A stretch of DNA of 64,000 bases, taken from Carcharhinus longimanus. Taxonomy: Eukaryota. The stretch spans positions 69,172,882 through 69,236,881 of the forward strand of contig JASCQW010000061.1 of NCBI GenBank assembly GCA_030264375.1, read 5' to 3'. The position numbers and the translations under genes were made by a program. The notes below the pieces were generated by a model, which saw only the letters and a program-made list of their open reading frames with translations, was not told where the DNA came from and made no database searches. Shown in pieces: positions 39,870 to 52,529 of this stretch (within the stretch, counting starts at the first letter, position 1; each line of letters begins with the position of its first letter).

Positions 39870-40530
39870 ATATATTTGACCTGTATCTTTCCAATGAGCT
39901 TTGTTGGTCCCATATCTCTTAAATGTTCTACCTAACAAAAATCTATTGATCTGATTTTGACATTTTTAATCAAGCTAGTCTCAGTCTTTGGGAGAACGTC
40001 CCAAATATCCACTACACTTTATGTGAGGAAATACTTTCTGGGTAGTGTAGCTCAAATCTGAAGGTTATGACACCTTGTTCTGGAATCATTTACTACTAGA
40101 AATCTACCCATCAAATCCTTTGAATCAGCAAAATCATCCCTTAATCTTCATAATTAAGGGAATGCAAGCCTTGTCTAAGTAACCTGTCCTTAAAATTTAA
40201 CTCTTCCAGCCCAAGTACTCGGACAAACCTGTGATGCACTCCCTCCAAGGTTAATATATATTTCACAAGGGACAGTGCCCAGAACTGAACACAATAGTCC
40301 ATGAGGTCTGATCAAGACTAGGTACAACTGAAGCATAACTTCAGTTTGTACTCTTTGTATTTCAGCCCCATTAAGACACATGAAACATTCCGTTGGCCTG
40401 ATCACTTTTTATACCTGCATACCCAAATTCCTCTGCTGCTTGGTTTCTTATATTACCATTAAGAACATTTTCCACTTGTTTTTCTTGGATTCACTCAACA
40501 TTTCCCCATATTGAATTTCATAGAATCATA
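39870..40530 (-). mobile_element. Old CR1 fragment
   Basis: EVMLQLYLVLIRPH motif (ORF 40190-40405). Confidence 0.75.
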
Positions 40531-40639
40531 AAATAATTACGGCATGAAAGGAGACATTCAACCCATTGTGTCCATGCTGTCCCTCAATGAGGACAATTTA
40601 GTTCATCCCACTTTAACGCCTTTTCACCTCTAGCACTGC

Positions 40640-41800
40640 AAGGAAAAAAAAGGAACACAGGAAACTGTAGGTCAGTTATTTGAATGTTGAATGTCATGCT
40701 GAGAACATGCTGGAATCCATTATTAAGAAAGTAGTAGAAATCATAATACAATTTTACAGAGTCAACAAACAGGAAATCATGTTTGACAAATTTAGAGTTC
40801 TTTAAGAATGTAACAATAAAGGGGATAAAAGAAGGAAACCAGTAAATGTGGTGTATTTGTATTTCCAAAAATATTCAAGAAGGTGCCACATAGAAGGTTA
40901 CTACACGAGCTGATGGTGTTGAAGCTAATATATTAGAACGGATAGGGGATTGGCTAGCTATCAGGAAACAATTGGTATATACGGGTCATTTTCAGGTTAA
41001 CAAACTAGCTAGCGGGGTGTGTCGGGGATTAATGCCGTGGCCCCAACTATTTACAATCTAGGTTAATGGCTTGGAAGAAAGGACCAAGTGCATTTTAACC
41101 CAATTTACTGACAGGTAGGAAAGCAAGTTGTGAGGAAGATGCAGAGCCTGCAAAGATGTAGATAGGTTAAAGTGAGTGGGCAAGAATTTTGTAGATGGAC
41201 AACATGTGGGAAAATATGAGGTTGTCCACTTTGGCAGGCAGAATAGCAGAGCAAAATATTATTTAAAATGTAGAGAAACTGCAAAATGATGCAGTACAGA
41301 GGTGATAGGAATGTTCTTGTACATGAAACACCAACAATTAATATGCAGATACATCAAGTAATCAGTAAGGCAAACCGAATGTCAATTCCTTCATTATAAA
41401 GGGGGAAGGAGGAGGAGGAGGAATGGATTATAAACTTAGGGAAGCCTTGCTACAACAGTAAACAGTAATGGTAAGACCACTCCTAGGAGTACAGAGTACA
41501 GTGTACAGTTTTAGTCATCTTGTTTGAAGAGGGATATACTTGCTCTGGAGGCAGGTGTTTTCCCTCGCAGAGGAAACTAGAAGGAGGCACAGATTCAAAA
41601 TAAAGGATCATCATTGAGGCAGGAGATGGAGAAATGTATTCATCCAGAGTTGTTAATCTTTTTAATCTCTACCCCACAGAGCACTGGAAATTCAGTCATC
41701 GTATAGATCCAAGGCTGAGTTAGATTTTTGATCCGCGAGGAAAGTCAAGGCCTATGGAAGCAAGTGGAGTCAAGGCCACAGTCAGATCATTTATGACCTG
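40640..41800 (+). mobile_element. CR1 RT and C-terminal fragment
   Basis: GTGGTGTATTTGTATTTCCAAAAATATTCAAGAAGGTGCCAC (VVYxxFQK.F.KVPH); similar to 1460-2428. Confidence 0.9.
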
Positions 41801-41815
41801 ATTTGATTTATTGTC

Positions 41816-42018
41816 ATGATGTGGAGATGTCGGCGTTGGACTGGGGCAAACAGAATAAGAAGTCTCACAACACCAGGTTAAAGTCCAACAGGTTTATTTG
41901 ATAGCAACAGCCACTAGCTTGCGGAGCGCTGCTCCTTCATCTGGTGAGTGGGAGTTCTGTTCACAAACAGGGCATATAAAGACAAAACTCAATTTACAAA
42001 ATAATGGTTGGAATGCGA
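41816..42018 (-). mobile_element. Young Penelope-like element terminus with minimal type I hammerhead (41911-41950), running into a gap
   Basis: CATGATGTGGAGATGTCGGCGTTGGACTGGGG terminus; minus strand CAC-CAGATGA-A-GGAGC-AGC-GCTCC-GCAA-GCTA-GTG. Confidence 0.8.
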
Positions 42019-42559
42019 GNNNNNNNNNNNNNNNNNNNNNNNNNNNNNNNNNNNNNNNNNNNNNNNNNNNNNNNNNNNNNNNNNNNNNNNNNNNNNNNNN
42101 NNNNNNNNNNNNNNNNNNNNNNNNNNNNNNNNNNNNNNNNNNNNNNNNNNNNNNNNNNNNNNNNNNNNNNNNNNNNNNNNNNNNNNNNNNNNNNNNNNNN
42201 NNNNNNNNNNNNNNNNNNNNNNNNNNNNNNNNNNNNNNNNNNNNNNNNNNNNNNNNNNNNNNNNNNNNNNNNNNNNNNNNNNNNNNNNNNNNNNNNNNNN
42301 NNNNNNNNNNNNNNNNGCTCATACATCCTACCCCTCTACGCAGCTCAAGGGAGGCAAGTGACTCACTCTTACTCCTATTCCTACGCTCTATGGTAATAGT
42401 GTGAGCACTAGGCTGGCACTTCCAGTAGTTGCAAATCTAAAGGGATGCAGAAATAGACATGGGAAGACAGGAGATAAATGAGAATTGGCAAGAAAAAAAA
42501 GGAAAGCATTAACAAAGCTGGCATGTCAAAATCTCCAAATTGCACATAAACATGGAATT

Positions 42560-43290
42560 ATTGTGAACTGTGAGGAAGGTATTAAACCTTAACAGGATAT
42601 ACGCTGGTGGAATAGGCAAACAAGTGGCAGAATAAATTTAATGCAGAGAAGTGCAAAAAGATTCATTTTGATAGCAAAAATAAGGAAAGGTGATATAAAG
42701 GGGTCCATTCTAAAAGGAGATGCAGGAACCAGAAGGACCAGAAATAAATATGCACGAATCATTGTAAGTGGCAAGGCAGGTTGAGAATATAGTTAAGAAA
42801 ACATGAGGGATTGTGGGCTTTATAAATAAAGTATAAAAACATGAAATTTATGTTAAACTGTAAAAAAACGGTGGTTCTGTCTCAATTACTGGAGTATTGT
42901 ATCCTGTTTTGAGTATCACACTTTAGGAAGGATGCAAAGACATTTGAGAGGATGCAAAGGATTCAGGAGGATGGTTCTCGGGATGAGGAATTTTCATTGC
43001 AGGGAAAGATTGGAAAGGAACATTAAGAGGAGATTTGATGAAGGTGTTGAAAATCATGAGGTCTGTGGACAGAGTAGATGAAGAGAAACAATGTTCCTAT
43101 TGGCAAAAGGATCCAAAACCAGAGGACACCAATTTTAGGTGATTGAAAGAAAACAAAAACAACACAAGATAAAACTTATTTTTAAACGCAGCAAGTGCTT
43201 AAGATTTGGAATGTACTGCCTGAGAAAATGATGGGAGACAGGTTCAAAGAAAGCCTTCAAAACAGAATTTGATAATTTTGTGACAAGTCT
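42560..43290 (+). mobile_element. CR1 3' fragment
   Basis: TGGGCTTTATAAATA, CTGGAGTATTGT, GAGGAGATTTGATGAAGGTGTTGAAAATCATG. Confidence 0.85.
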
Positions 43291-43299
43291 GAGGGAGGT

Positions 43300-44140
43300 C
43301 ATTAACTTTTAAAAATAATTCAAACTCAGTTATTGGTCAAAAAAATTACACCACATGGTTTCATATTTTAAATAAACTTTACTGTATAGAGTTAAGCAAA
43401 GCAAGTACTAATTTAACACTTTCATAAACATTTCTACTTACAGCCAAAAATTTCTCAATAGGACACTCCTTGTTCAATTTTTATTTACACCAGAATTCCC
43501 CTATAAATTACTGGATCTTGAGAGTTCCTTCACTTCCCCTGAAAATAAACCAAATTGTGCTACAGCTTTCGCAAATTCACTTGGGTTCAATTCAGCATTC
43601 CCACTATTCTCCAAGCCAACAAGATTTCTTGAGTTCTTCCACCAACATTGGGCTAGGCAACCCTGCAACTTTATGTACCTCACAACTGACCCCAGCTCAA
43701 GCATGGGCTACACCCATTTCTTTGCCAATGACTCCAAAATCAGAAAAAAAATCGATCAGATAACCATTTTCTTTTGGTCAAAAGCTTCTTTACAGATTTT
43801 GGCAGCTTTCTCTCTCTGCCTACTTCCAAGCTGTCCCAGCTCCAGACATAAACTGCCTACTTCATAGCTGCTCCCAGGCTAACAGATTGTATGACAAAAC
43901 ACACAGACCCCAAATCAAAACAGGCCTCCCTGCCATCTATTCTTACAGCGTTAAAGCTCACGAAGGAAATCCCAGATAGAGACAAACTCATTAATTCCTG
44001 CTTTAAATCCGCCTTTTGATCTGAAAAGTATATGGATATATGTTATGATCTTGTTTACCCCACTGCTTTCAAACATTTTAAATCTGGGATCTACTGGAAT
44101 AATTTAAACCCCTTATGGAGATAACTGTAGACATATCGTC
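43300..44140 (-). mobile_element. LTR-like fragment
   Basis: Non-coding, with reverse-strand resemblance to the LTR-like segments at 2835 and 12420. Confidence 0.3.
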
Positions 44141-44619
44141 TGTACCAAGACNNNNNNNNNNNNNNNNNNNNNNNNNNNNNNNNNNNNNNNNNNNNNNNNN
44201 NNNNNNNNNNNNNATAAAAACAGGCTACCCTTTGAATCGTAATTGCATTAGGTCTGTTTACCAACCTCTCACCAAGAGCTTTCACTTTCTTGCACTTAAT
44301 TTCAATCCACACTTTAAATGTGTAATCCTAAAACATAATGCATTTTGAAATTAAACAATTCCACAACAAATATCTGGAGAGAAAAATATTGCAGGGTAGT
44401 GCAATCAAGCGGGTTGCTCTGGCAGAAAGCCATCATGGGCAAGAAAGGCTGAATAGTGTCCTTCTGTGCTGTAACAATTTAAATGTTGCATATACAGAGC
44501 AAATGTAAAAAGAGCTGCAAAGGAACAGAATAGCCGGAAATCATAGTATTAATGATATAAAAAGTAAATAGAGCTGACGGTCTATGAAGATATTTTTACC
44601 AAAGTAATCTCAAAAACAG

Positions 44620-45360
44620 ATCTACAACAAATATTTATACAGCCTCTTTAATGTAATAAGCTGTCCTAAAACACTTCACAGCAGCATTGTAAAAACAAAG
44701 TATAATATCTTGTTATATGGCTCGGTATTAAGTCAGACGATCAAAGTAAACTTTAAGAAGTGTTTTAAAGGAGGAAAAGTGGAAGAAAGAAAAAGTCAGG
44801 TAGTGAGTTGGAAAATTGTAGAGAGAAATCTAGAGCCTATGTATTTAGACATAGCCACCAACAGTTGACAATTAAAATCAAAGACTAATTTGAAGAGTGC
44901 AAGTATCTCAGAGGAAATTAATGAGGCAGGGAGGATCGAGACCATGGAGAGATTGGAAAACAGTGGAAATTTTAAAATTAAAACACATCTTGACCAGGAG
45001 CCAACAGGATGGGACTTGGTACTAGTTAAAGGCAGCAGAGTTTTGGATGACCTTAAGTTTACCTACACTGGATTGTGGGAAGCCTGCCAGGAATAGTCAA
45101 CTCTGTAGGTAACAAAAGCACCAATGAGTGTTTCAGTGGCAAGCAACTAGAGACAGTGATGAAGTCAAGTAATGTTACAGAGGTGGAAATAGACAATTGT
45201 ACAGTGGCCCAAACAGGATACAAGTTCAGGGTTAAGTAAGTGTGAACAGACCCAGCTTAATTTCAACTTACTGGCAGGGAGAGAAATGAAGCCAGTAGCT
45301 AGAGAATGAGGTTTGCAGCAGGGACTAGAAGCAATGGTGTTGGTCCTCACCATTTAGGGA
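44620..45360 (-). mobile_element. L2 LINE 3' fragment (another tail at ~46150-46350)
   Basis: Reverse-complement L2 tail ATTTATACAGCCTCTTTAATGTAATA...CTTCACAG; GCAGCAGAGTTTTGGATGA (IQNSAA). Confidence 0.7.
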
Positions 45361-46589
45361 ATACCTTACTAAGATGGTACCAAAGATCATGGGATTTGCT
45401 TATGAGACACTAGAGAAATTGGCATTCCTTCCATTGTGATAGTTAACGGATGATCTTGTCAGTGTTCACTGTGCAGTAAACATAGGGGATGGGGGAATGA
45501 ATTCTGCTGGTCAGTGACTTTATAATTAGAAGATGCAAATCATTTAGTTATGCTTAGTCTCTAAATCCCCATGCTTTTACTCATAACTGCCACATGGACC
45601 CAGCTGTTGGATCTGACATTTTACCTCGCACATGAAAAAACAAGGTGTTAACTAGCAGCTAAGTACTAAATAGCAGGTGACCACCACCTGGTACCTTTAC
45701 GTAATGTTGCCACTCCACCTGACACCAATTTACTCATCCCCATTAATGTAATGTAGTTCATGAGTCCCCAGTGACATTCACATTTCCCCACTATTAAGAA
45801 AGGACTTCAAATTTCTGTCTTACCATCTAATTAAGAAACAAAATCAATGGCGTTACATGGTCCCCACACATTTTACACTTGGCATATTATCTCAAGTGCA
45901 GCTGGTGTGCAAGGTGTAAAACACATTGGTGTTAAAGATTTGCACTGCAATTAATAAAGTAGATATTATCACCCAGCAATTTATAAAGCCAGTGGGGCAA
46001 AATATCTGGGAATGGTGGTGGCAGAAGCCACAATTCCACAGTGAAAGTTTTGCAATGAGTTATATGGATGCAAAAATCAGAGTTCAAAGAAACAGATAGG
46101 AGATGGGAAGGGATAAACATAGCAAGTTCCTCCAGGTAGTTTGAGCACTGGGCAACAACAGCAACTTATATGACACTTTTAACATTATAAAATGCCTCAA
46201 GATGCTTCACAGGTGCATTATAAAACACACCAAACCACATCAGGAAAGAGGACGACAAATGTCCAAATGTTTGGTCAAACAGGAGCAGTTTAAAAGGAGG
46301 AAAGCCAATTAGAGAGTGGACAGATAATTCCAGAGCTTGGGCCCAGGTTCAATAAACATTCATATTATGCCATACACCATATCGAGTCGGTGGGAAGACA
46401 TACAAGCCAATTCTCCACACTGTGTATATGTGCATGGATTAATTTTCTGTCCCTTGACAGAATTGACAACTCTGGTTCAAAGGCAGTCCAGGGAGCTTTG
46501 ATCACATGACTACCTGGCTCCATGACAACATCTACATGGTCCCGTGCAGCTCAGTATCTTTGCTTGTGATTTTGCAACAGCAGCTTTTT

Positions 46590-47500
46590 ATATACACTGA
46601 TCTTTGCTCATCAGTCGTGGGCATCACCAGCTAGGTCAGCATTTATTGGCCATCCTGAATTGCCCTCAAGAATTTGGCAGTGAGCCACTTACTTGAACCG
46701 CTGCTGTCCATGTGGTGTAGGTACTCCCACTATGCTGTCAGTGAAGGAGTTCCAAGATTTTGACCTAGCAACAGGGAAGGAACTAAGATATAATTCCAAG
46801 TCAGTATGGTGTATGGTTTGGAGGGAAATTTGCAGGTGATGGTATTCCCATGTACCTGCTGTCCTTGTAGGTGGCAGAGGTTGTGGATTTGTAAAGTACT
46901 GGTGAGTTGCTGCAGTGCATCTTACTGTTGGTGTACACTGCTGCCACATGTGTCAATAACAGAGGGAGCAAATATTTTAAGATGGTGGATAGGGTGCCAA
47001 TTAAACAGACCACTTTGTCTTGGAAGGCACTGAGCTTCTTGAACATTGTTGGGGCTGCACTCACCTAGGCAAGCAGAGAGTATTCCATCAAATTCCTGAC
47101 ATGTAAATGGTGGATAGGCTTCGGGAATTCAGGAGATGAGTTACTCATCGCAAATTTCCAGCTCCTATCTGCTCTTGCAGCCAGAGTAGTTGTGGCTGAT
47201 CAAAAATAACCCCCTCAACAATCATGTTAGTGCAGGATTCAGCAACGGTAATGCCAAGTAAAGATGGTTAAATTCTCTGTTGTGGAAATAGTCATTGCCT
47301 GACACTTGTATGGTTACGTGCCACTTATCAGCCCAAGCTTGAACGTTGTCCTCATCTTGTTGCATGCAGGCACAAACTGCTTCATCATCTGAGGTGTTGC
47401 AAATGGTGCTGAACACTATGCAATCAGTGAACATCACTACTTATGATGGAGGAAGGTAATTAATAATGCAACTGATAGTCGGGTGAAGAATTTGAAAGAA
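46590..47500 (-). mobile_element. Non-LTR retrotransposon RT and C-terminal fragment (same family as 16050)
   Basis: FTDCIVFSTI...MQQDEDNVQAWADKW; RSKSWNS...PTPHGQQRFK. Confidence 0.85.
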
Positions 47501-48189
47501 TCCCATGGTCTAACATCACACAGTTCACCTTCCCCTGACGGTTTTTCTCATCAACTGTCTTGGTCTCCTTGTTCCTCATTTGCCCATCAACGGGAACAGT
47601 CTTTTGCAATATACCCGAGGTGAATTATTACAATACCCATAGTAAATCCACAGGTTTCACCCAATACTTTACAGTTTCCTTCCTCAAGTTGTTGTTGCTC
47701 CTAGCTTTGCAGCTGCATCCTGCACTTTACCCAACTTTGCCCTAATGCCAGCTTTCAGGGTTTTGCACACATTATACTAGCTGATCGCCCTGCATCATGC
47801 CAAAATTACTTCACTTACCAAAATACAATTTAACCCATCTATAAAGAGCTTTCACTTGATTTAAAATGTCCATTAAATCTTTTCCATCAGAGGACTCAAT
47901 GTAAGAAGCCAAAGGCACCATTACCAAACACCATTAACCAAACAGCTGTACACAAGCAGGTTGTACCTCTTAAAATGAGTCTCTCTCAAGTGGGGGCCTC
48001 CAATGGAAAATACTGAGAATGCAAACTCACATACAACCATTGTTAGGACACTGAAGTCTAAGGAGCTATTGTCATATTCAGTTTAGTAGAAAAATGGCCA
48101 CGCCCAAAGTGCATTTAACAAGCAAACATTCTGCTTAAATAAACCAAGAACTGTTGCAGAAATACAAAACCAAAACACTTTGGATACTG

Positions 48190-48317
48190 GGGCCTGAATT
48201 TTACCACCCCACCCGTCACAGGAATCGGAGTGTGCAAGAGGCGGACAATGGGAAGGTCTATTGACCTTGGGTGGGGTTTTACAGTTTCAGGGCAGGCGAG
48301 GCCATAAAATCCCACCC
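48190..48317. mobile_element. Short MITE
   Basis: TIRs GGGCCTGAATTTTAC ... ATAAAATCCCACCC. Confidence 0.65.
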
Positions 48318-48920
48318 TGGAAGTCTGAAGTACAAACAGAAAATGCTGGAAACATTCAGAATGTCAGGTGAAATCTGTGGAGAGAAGGAGAAACCGAGTT
48401 ACCATTTCAGATCTGTAACTTTAATCAGAACTGAGAAAAATTGGAAATGCAACATGTTTTAAGCAAGTGAAAAGGTGGGGATGAGGAGGAAGAAACAAAA
48501 ATCACAAAGGGAATGTATGCGATAGGATGGAAAACAGGAGCGGTCCATTAACAAAACGATTGATGGTCCAAGGCCGAAGGGAATGATAAGAAGCCAACTA
48601 AGGAATCAAAAAGGTATCTAGAGGTGGTGTGAATGGCAGAATAGTGAACAGTTGTCCTCAAAAAAAAGAGAAAACCAAAACCAAAGAGAAAGGAAACAAA
48701 ATGGAAACATAGGCTACAGGTTGAAACTATTGAACTCAGACGGTGTAAGGTGCCCAAGTTAAAACAGGAGGGTGATGTTGAGCTTCAGTGGAACAGCGCA
48801 GGAAGTTGGGGATGGAAAGGTCAGAGTGGGAGCAAGATGGAGAATTAAAATGACAGGCAGCTTGTAGGCTGAACAGAAGTGCTCTCCAAAGTGGTCATCC
48901 AATCTGCATTTGTTTCCTAA
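48318..48920 (-). mobile_element. Penelope-like remnant: pLTR with hammerhead relic plus GIY-YIG segment
   Basis: Minus strand: AGTT-CTGATTA...GAAA-TGGT-AACT; NKCRLDDHFGEH resembles the ETKRRLGDRFAEH motif. Confidence 0.7.
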
Positions 48921-48929
48921 AGAAAAAGA

Positions 48930-49205
48930 GATTGCAACTGTACATTGGTGGTGAAATGAGTGAATGTTGTGGATGGGGTGCCACTGGAGCAAGCTGCTTT
49001 GTCTTAGATTATTTTGAAAATCTTGAATATTGTTTGAGTGCAGCTTCAACAAGCAAGTGGAGCATTTTCCATTACACTCCTGACATGTGTGTTGTAATTG
49101 ATGGATAGGCTTTGGGGAGTCAGTAGGTGAATTTCTGTAGCCACAATATTTATATAGCTAATCTAGTTGAAGTTCTGGTCAATGGTAACCCGCAGGATGT
49201 TGATC
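48930..49205 (-). mobile_element. Non-LTR fragment (16050 family)
   Basis: Similar to 46900-47200. Confidence 0.65.
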
Positions 49206-49269
49206 CACAGTAGTTTTCCGGAGGCCAATCAAAAAACACTTCATTTGATTCAAAGATCTTTAATTTCTT

Positions 49270-49920
49270 CTTAAATTCTTATGGGATGGGAATGTCACTG
49301 GCTGAGCCAACATTTATTGCCAATCCCTGAAGGCATTTAAGAGTCAACCAAATTGCTGGGATCTGGACTCACATGTAGGCCAGACCAGGTAAGGATGGCA
49401 GATTTCTTTCCCCAAAAGGACATTAGTGAATCAAAGAACAAAGAACAAAAACAGCCCGGGAAACAGGCCCTTCGGCCCAACGAGCCCGCGCCGCCATCTC
49501 AACACCACNNNNNNNNNNNNNNNNNNNNNNNNNNNNNNNNNNNNNNNNNNNNNNNNNNNNNNNNNNNNNNNNNNNNNNNNNNNNNNNNNNNNNNNNNNNN
49601 NNNNNNNNCTCCCCGTTTGAGATCCCTCCTACTCTCTCTGTATTCCTCCAACGCTCTCTCCGTTCCCAGCTGCTTAGACCTGACAAACGCCTCTCGTTTC
49701 TTCCTAACCAGGTCTTCTATATGTCTAGTAATCCACGGATCACAATCAGATGGATTTTTATGACAATCGACAATGATTTTATGATCATCATTAGATTTTT
49801 AATTCCTGATTTTTACTGAATTCAAATTTCAGGTTGGGGTTCAAACCCAGATCCCCAGATAATTACACTAGGTTTCTGCTACTAGTCCAGCGATAATACC
49901 ACTATGCCACTGCATTTCCA
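49270..49920 (-). mobile_element. MIR/CORE-like tRNA SINE interrupted by a young CR1 (49434-49743)
   Basis: Reverse-complement head TCCAGCGATAATACCACTATGCCAC, tail shared with the 16050 LINE family; AATCA flanks the CR1 insert. Confidence 0.75.
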
Positions 49921-50609
49921 TGCGCATGATGCAGCATCTATAGTTCCTTGTCATAGCATAATCTCTGCTGGCATTTTCAGAGTGATGACGCAACCGTTTT
50001 CCCCCTAAATGTTTTGTGTAAAATGTCACAATTCGAAAATTTTCATTGAGTTCTTTAAGTAAGAGAGTTTGAATAATGCTGAAGTTCAATACAAGAATGC
50101 TGTAGACTTACTTACAAAATGGCTACAAATTTCAATGTTCTTTGGTTTATTCACATTTACAGAATATAGCAAATGATTTGAACGAACAGATGAAAAAATT
50201 CTGACTGATGACGGTGCCATTGCAATTCTTTTCCAACCAAGCTAAAAAGCACGAAGCATATATTGACTGAGTTGCAAATTTCAATTAACAAGGATTTTTT
50301 TTTTTAAATTAGACAATGTATAATTAATGCCGTTGTTTTATGAAACAGATGTTGTAATTGTCATAACTAGTAGAGGCAATTCAGGGTGCTCCTAGTTGTA
50401 CAACTTTAATCAGTGACTTAGCAACTAAATGATTCACTATAGGATTCTGCCAATAGTTCAATGTGTTTATCTAGTGAATACTAAACAGGCAGTCAGGATG
50501 GTGCCACTTAGTATTTCAGCCCTGGGTTAGAAAAGAAACAAATTGTCCAGAACCATCACTCATTACTGCTGATCAGTAAATCTGCTGAACACATACATAT
50601 TCTTTCCAT

Positions 50610-51035
50610 TTGTATCGCAGCTTGGTACATCTCCTGTTCTGTCCAAGACCACAAGAAACTACAAAGGGCTGCGAACGTAGTCCAGTATATCATGCAAATC
50701 AGCCTCCCATCCGCTGTCTCAGGAAAGCAGCCAGCATAATCAAGGATTCCACGCACCCTGGACATACTGTCTTCCACCTTCTTCCGTTGAGAAAAAGATA
50801 CAAAAGTCTGAGATCATGTACCAACCAACTCAAGAACAGCTTCTTCCCTGTTACTATCAGACCTTTGAATGGACTTACCTCATATTAAGTTTATCTTTCT
50901 CTAAATCTTATGACTGTAAACTTACATTTTGGACCCTCTCCTTTCCAATGAATGAGATGCTTTGTCTGTATAGTGCACAAGAAACAGTACTTTTACTGTA
51001 TACTAATACACATGACAATAATAAATTAAATCAAA
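50610..51035 (+). mobile_element. Rex1/Babar LINE 3' end
   Basis: KAASIIKDSTHPGHTVFHLLPLRKRYKSLRSCTNQLKNSFFPVTIRPLN is the Rex1-type C-terminus; tail ACAATAATAAATTAAATCA. Confidence 0.9.
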
Positions 51036-51184
51036 AACACATGTTGACAGACCAAATTTGCCTGTGATGCTCCTGTAACCAAATAGCCTACCAATGCCAC
51101 CTGAGCTCGTAATTGAATAACTACCCGAATGACATACTAAAATATAAAAACTGAACACTAGGCTCCACACCACAATAAAAAATG

Positions 51185-51420
51185 AGGTCTTGAAGCCTAG
51201 GCAAATGTAACCTAGGCTAGTACTCCAGCACAATACAGAAGAGATGCTTCATTGTTGAAGATACTTTCTTTCAAATGAGACATTAGTTTAAAGGATCTTG
51301 GTTTAAAGATCAGTTTAGATGGCCACAAAACACCTCATTGCACTATTCAGAGAGTTGGGAGTCTATCTGAAATCCTTGCTGACTCTCAAAAATGTGATGT
51401 TTGAGGAGAATGTTATGGTA
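51185..51420 (+). mobile_element. Deu-domain SINE fragment
   Basis: AGGCTAGTACTCCAGCACAATAC...TTTCAAATGAGACATT. Confidence 0.5.
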
Positions 51421-51471
51421 AAGTTGCTTTTAGAAAAAAATGAAATAAAGTGAACGAGAAAAATAGTTAAA

Positions 51472-51701
51472 GTAAAGTCGCCATCGTCCCAGATGACCAT
51501 AGGCTGCTCTCTACTTTGAGGGGGACAGCTGACTCGGTGATGAAGAGCGATGCCAACAGCATGGGGTTCAATTCCCCCCATCAGCTCAGGTCATTCATGA
51601 AGGCCCCATCTTCTCAACCTTGCCCCTTGCCGGAGGTGTGGTGATCCTCAGGTTAAATCACCACCAGTGTCAATGGTCATCTGGAACTATTGTGACTTTA
51701 C
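51472..51701. mobile_element. tRNA-derived SINE with an inverted copy of its own 3' end at the 5' side
   Basis: 29-nt imperfect inverted termini; internal B-box GGTTCAATTCCC. Confidence 0.65.
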
Positions 51702-52529
51702 CTAGAAAAATAAGTAGACCTCTTGTCATTGTTATAATGGCTCAGATCAACAGCGTGTTTCTTTTTACTTCTTGATCGCGTAGTCTTGCGACAAAAATAA
51801 TTTTTGACCCGATCACCAAGGATAATGTGAAATCAGCCATGATACCAAACAACATTTGATATGAGATTTCTATCAGAAGCAACGTAAAAAGAAAATTATT
51901 TCCCCATTTTGACGAACAACCAAAATACTGGGCTAGTTGGAAGACTGCACTGTAAATAACAATCTCAGTATGCTGAGCTAAAACAATCAGTTCCTGTTGA
52001 GAAATCGAAATATTCAGGTTTAGGTTCCCAACCTAAAAATATTTGCAGACTTATATGTTCACTTAGCATAATCTATTAAACAACAGAGAATCATATCAGA
52101 ACTTCCAGCTTATTAGATTTTAGTATGAACATGCGAGGAGGGAGGAGGGAGGGAGGAGGGAGGGAGACCCCCCCCTCCACAAACAGATGAACTAGGCTGC
52201 TTGAGACGTGTACCTATTCACTCTTTTTTGTTCAAAAGTAAAGACATTTTGCAAAGTCATAATTCCACTGGCCCTCTCATTCAATTGCTATTCTACACTT
52301 GAGCTTAAATAATGAATCAGTCAGTGACATTATGTCAAAGTTCTGTCCTTAACCAAAAGCATACACACAAACCACCAGCGCTCACTGAATGCCAGTTCAA
52401 GACACTCAAGACCAAAAACTCCCAAAGCATAAGTATCGAGACCTAGCAAGTTTCTCCAGCGATACCCCAACTGAGAACAATTTGCGAGCATAGATCAGGT
52501 CAGATTTCAAAGACAAGTCCTCCTTTTCT

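Noticed and set aside
41894-42404. Long ORFs spanning N runs (also 7485-8072, 60408-60791 and others)
   Set aside because: Artefacts of translating through gaps.
47819-47837. Possible 19-nt minus-strand microexon (tttatag|...TTG|gtaagt)
   Set aside because: Weak polypyrimidine tract; such pairs arise by chance in 64 kb.
50105-50125. Tandem GTAAGTAAGT donors on the minus strand
   Set aside because: No convincing acceptor at a plausible distance.
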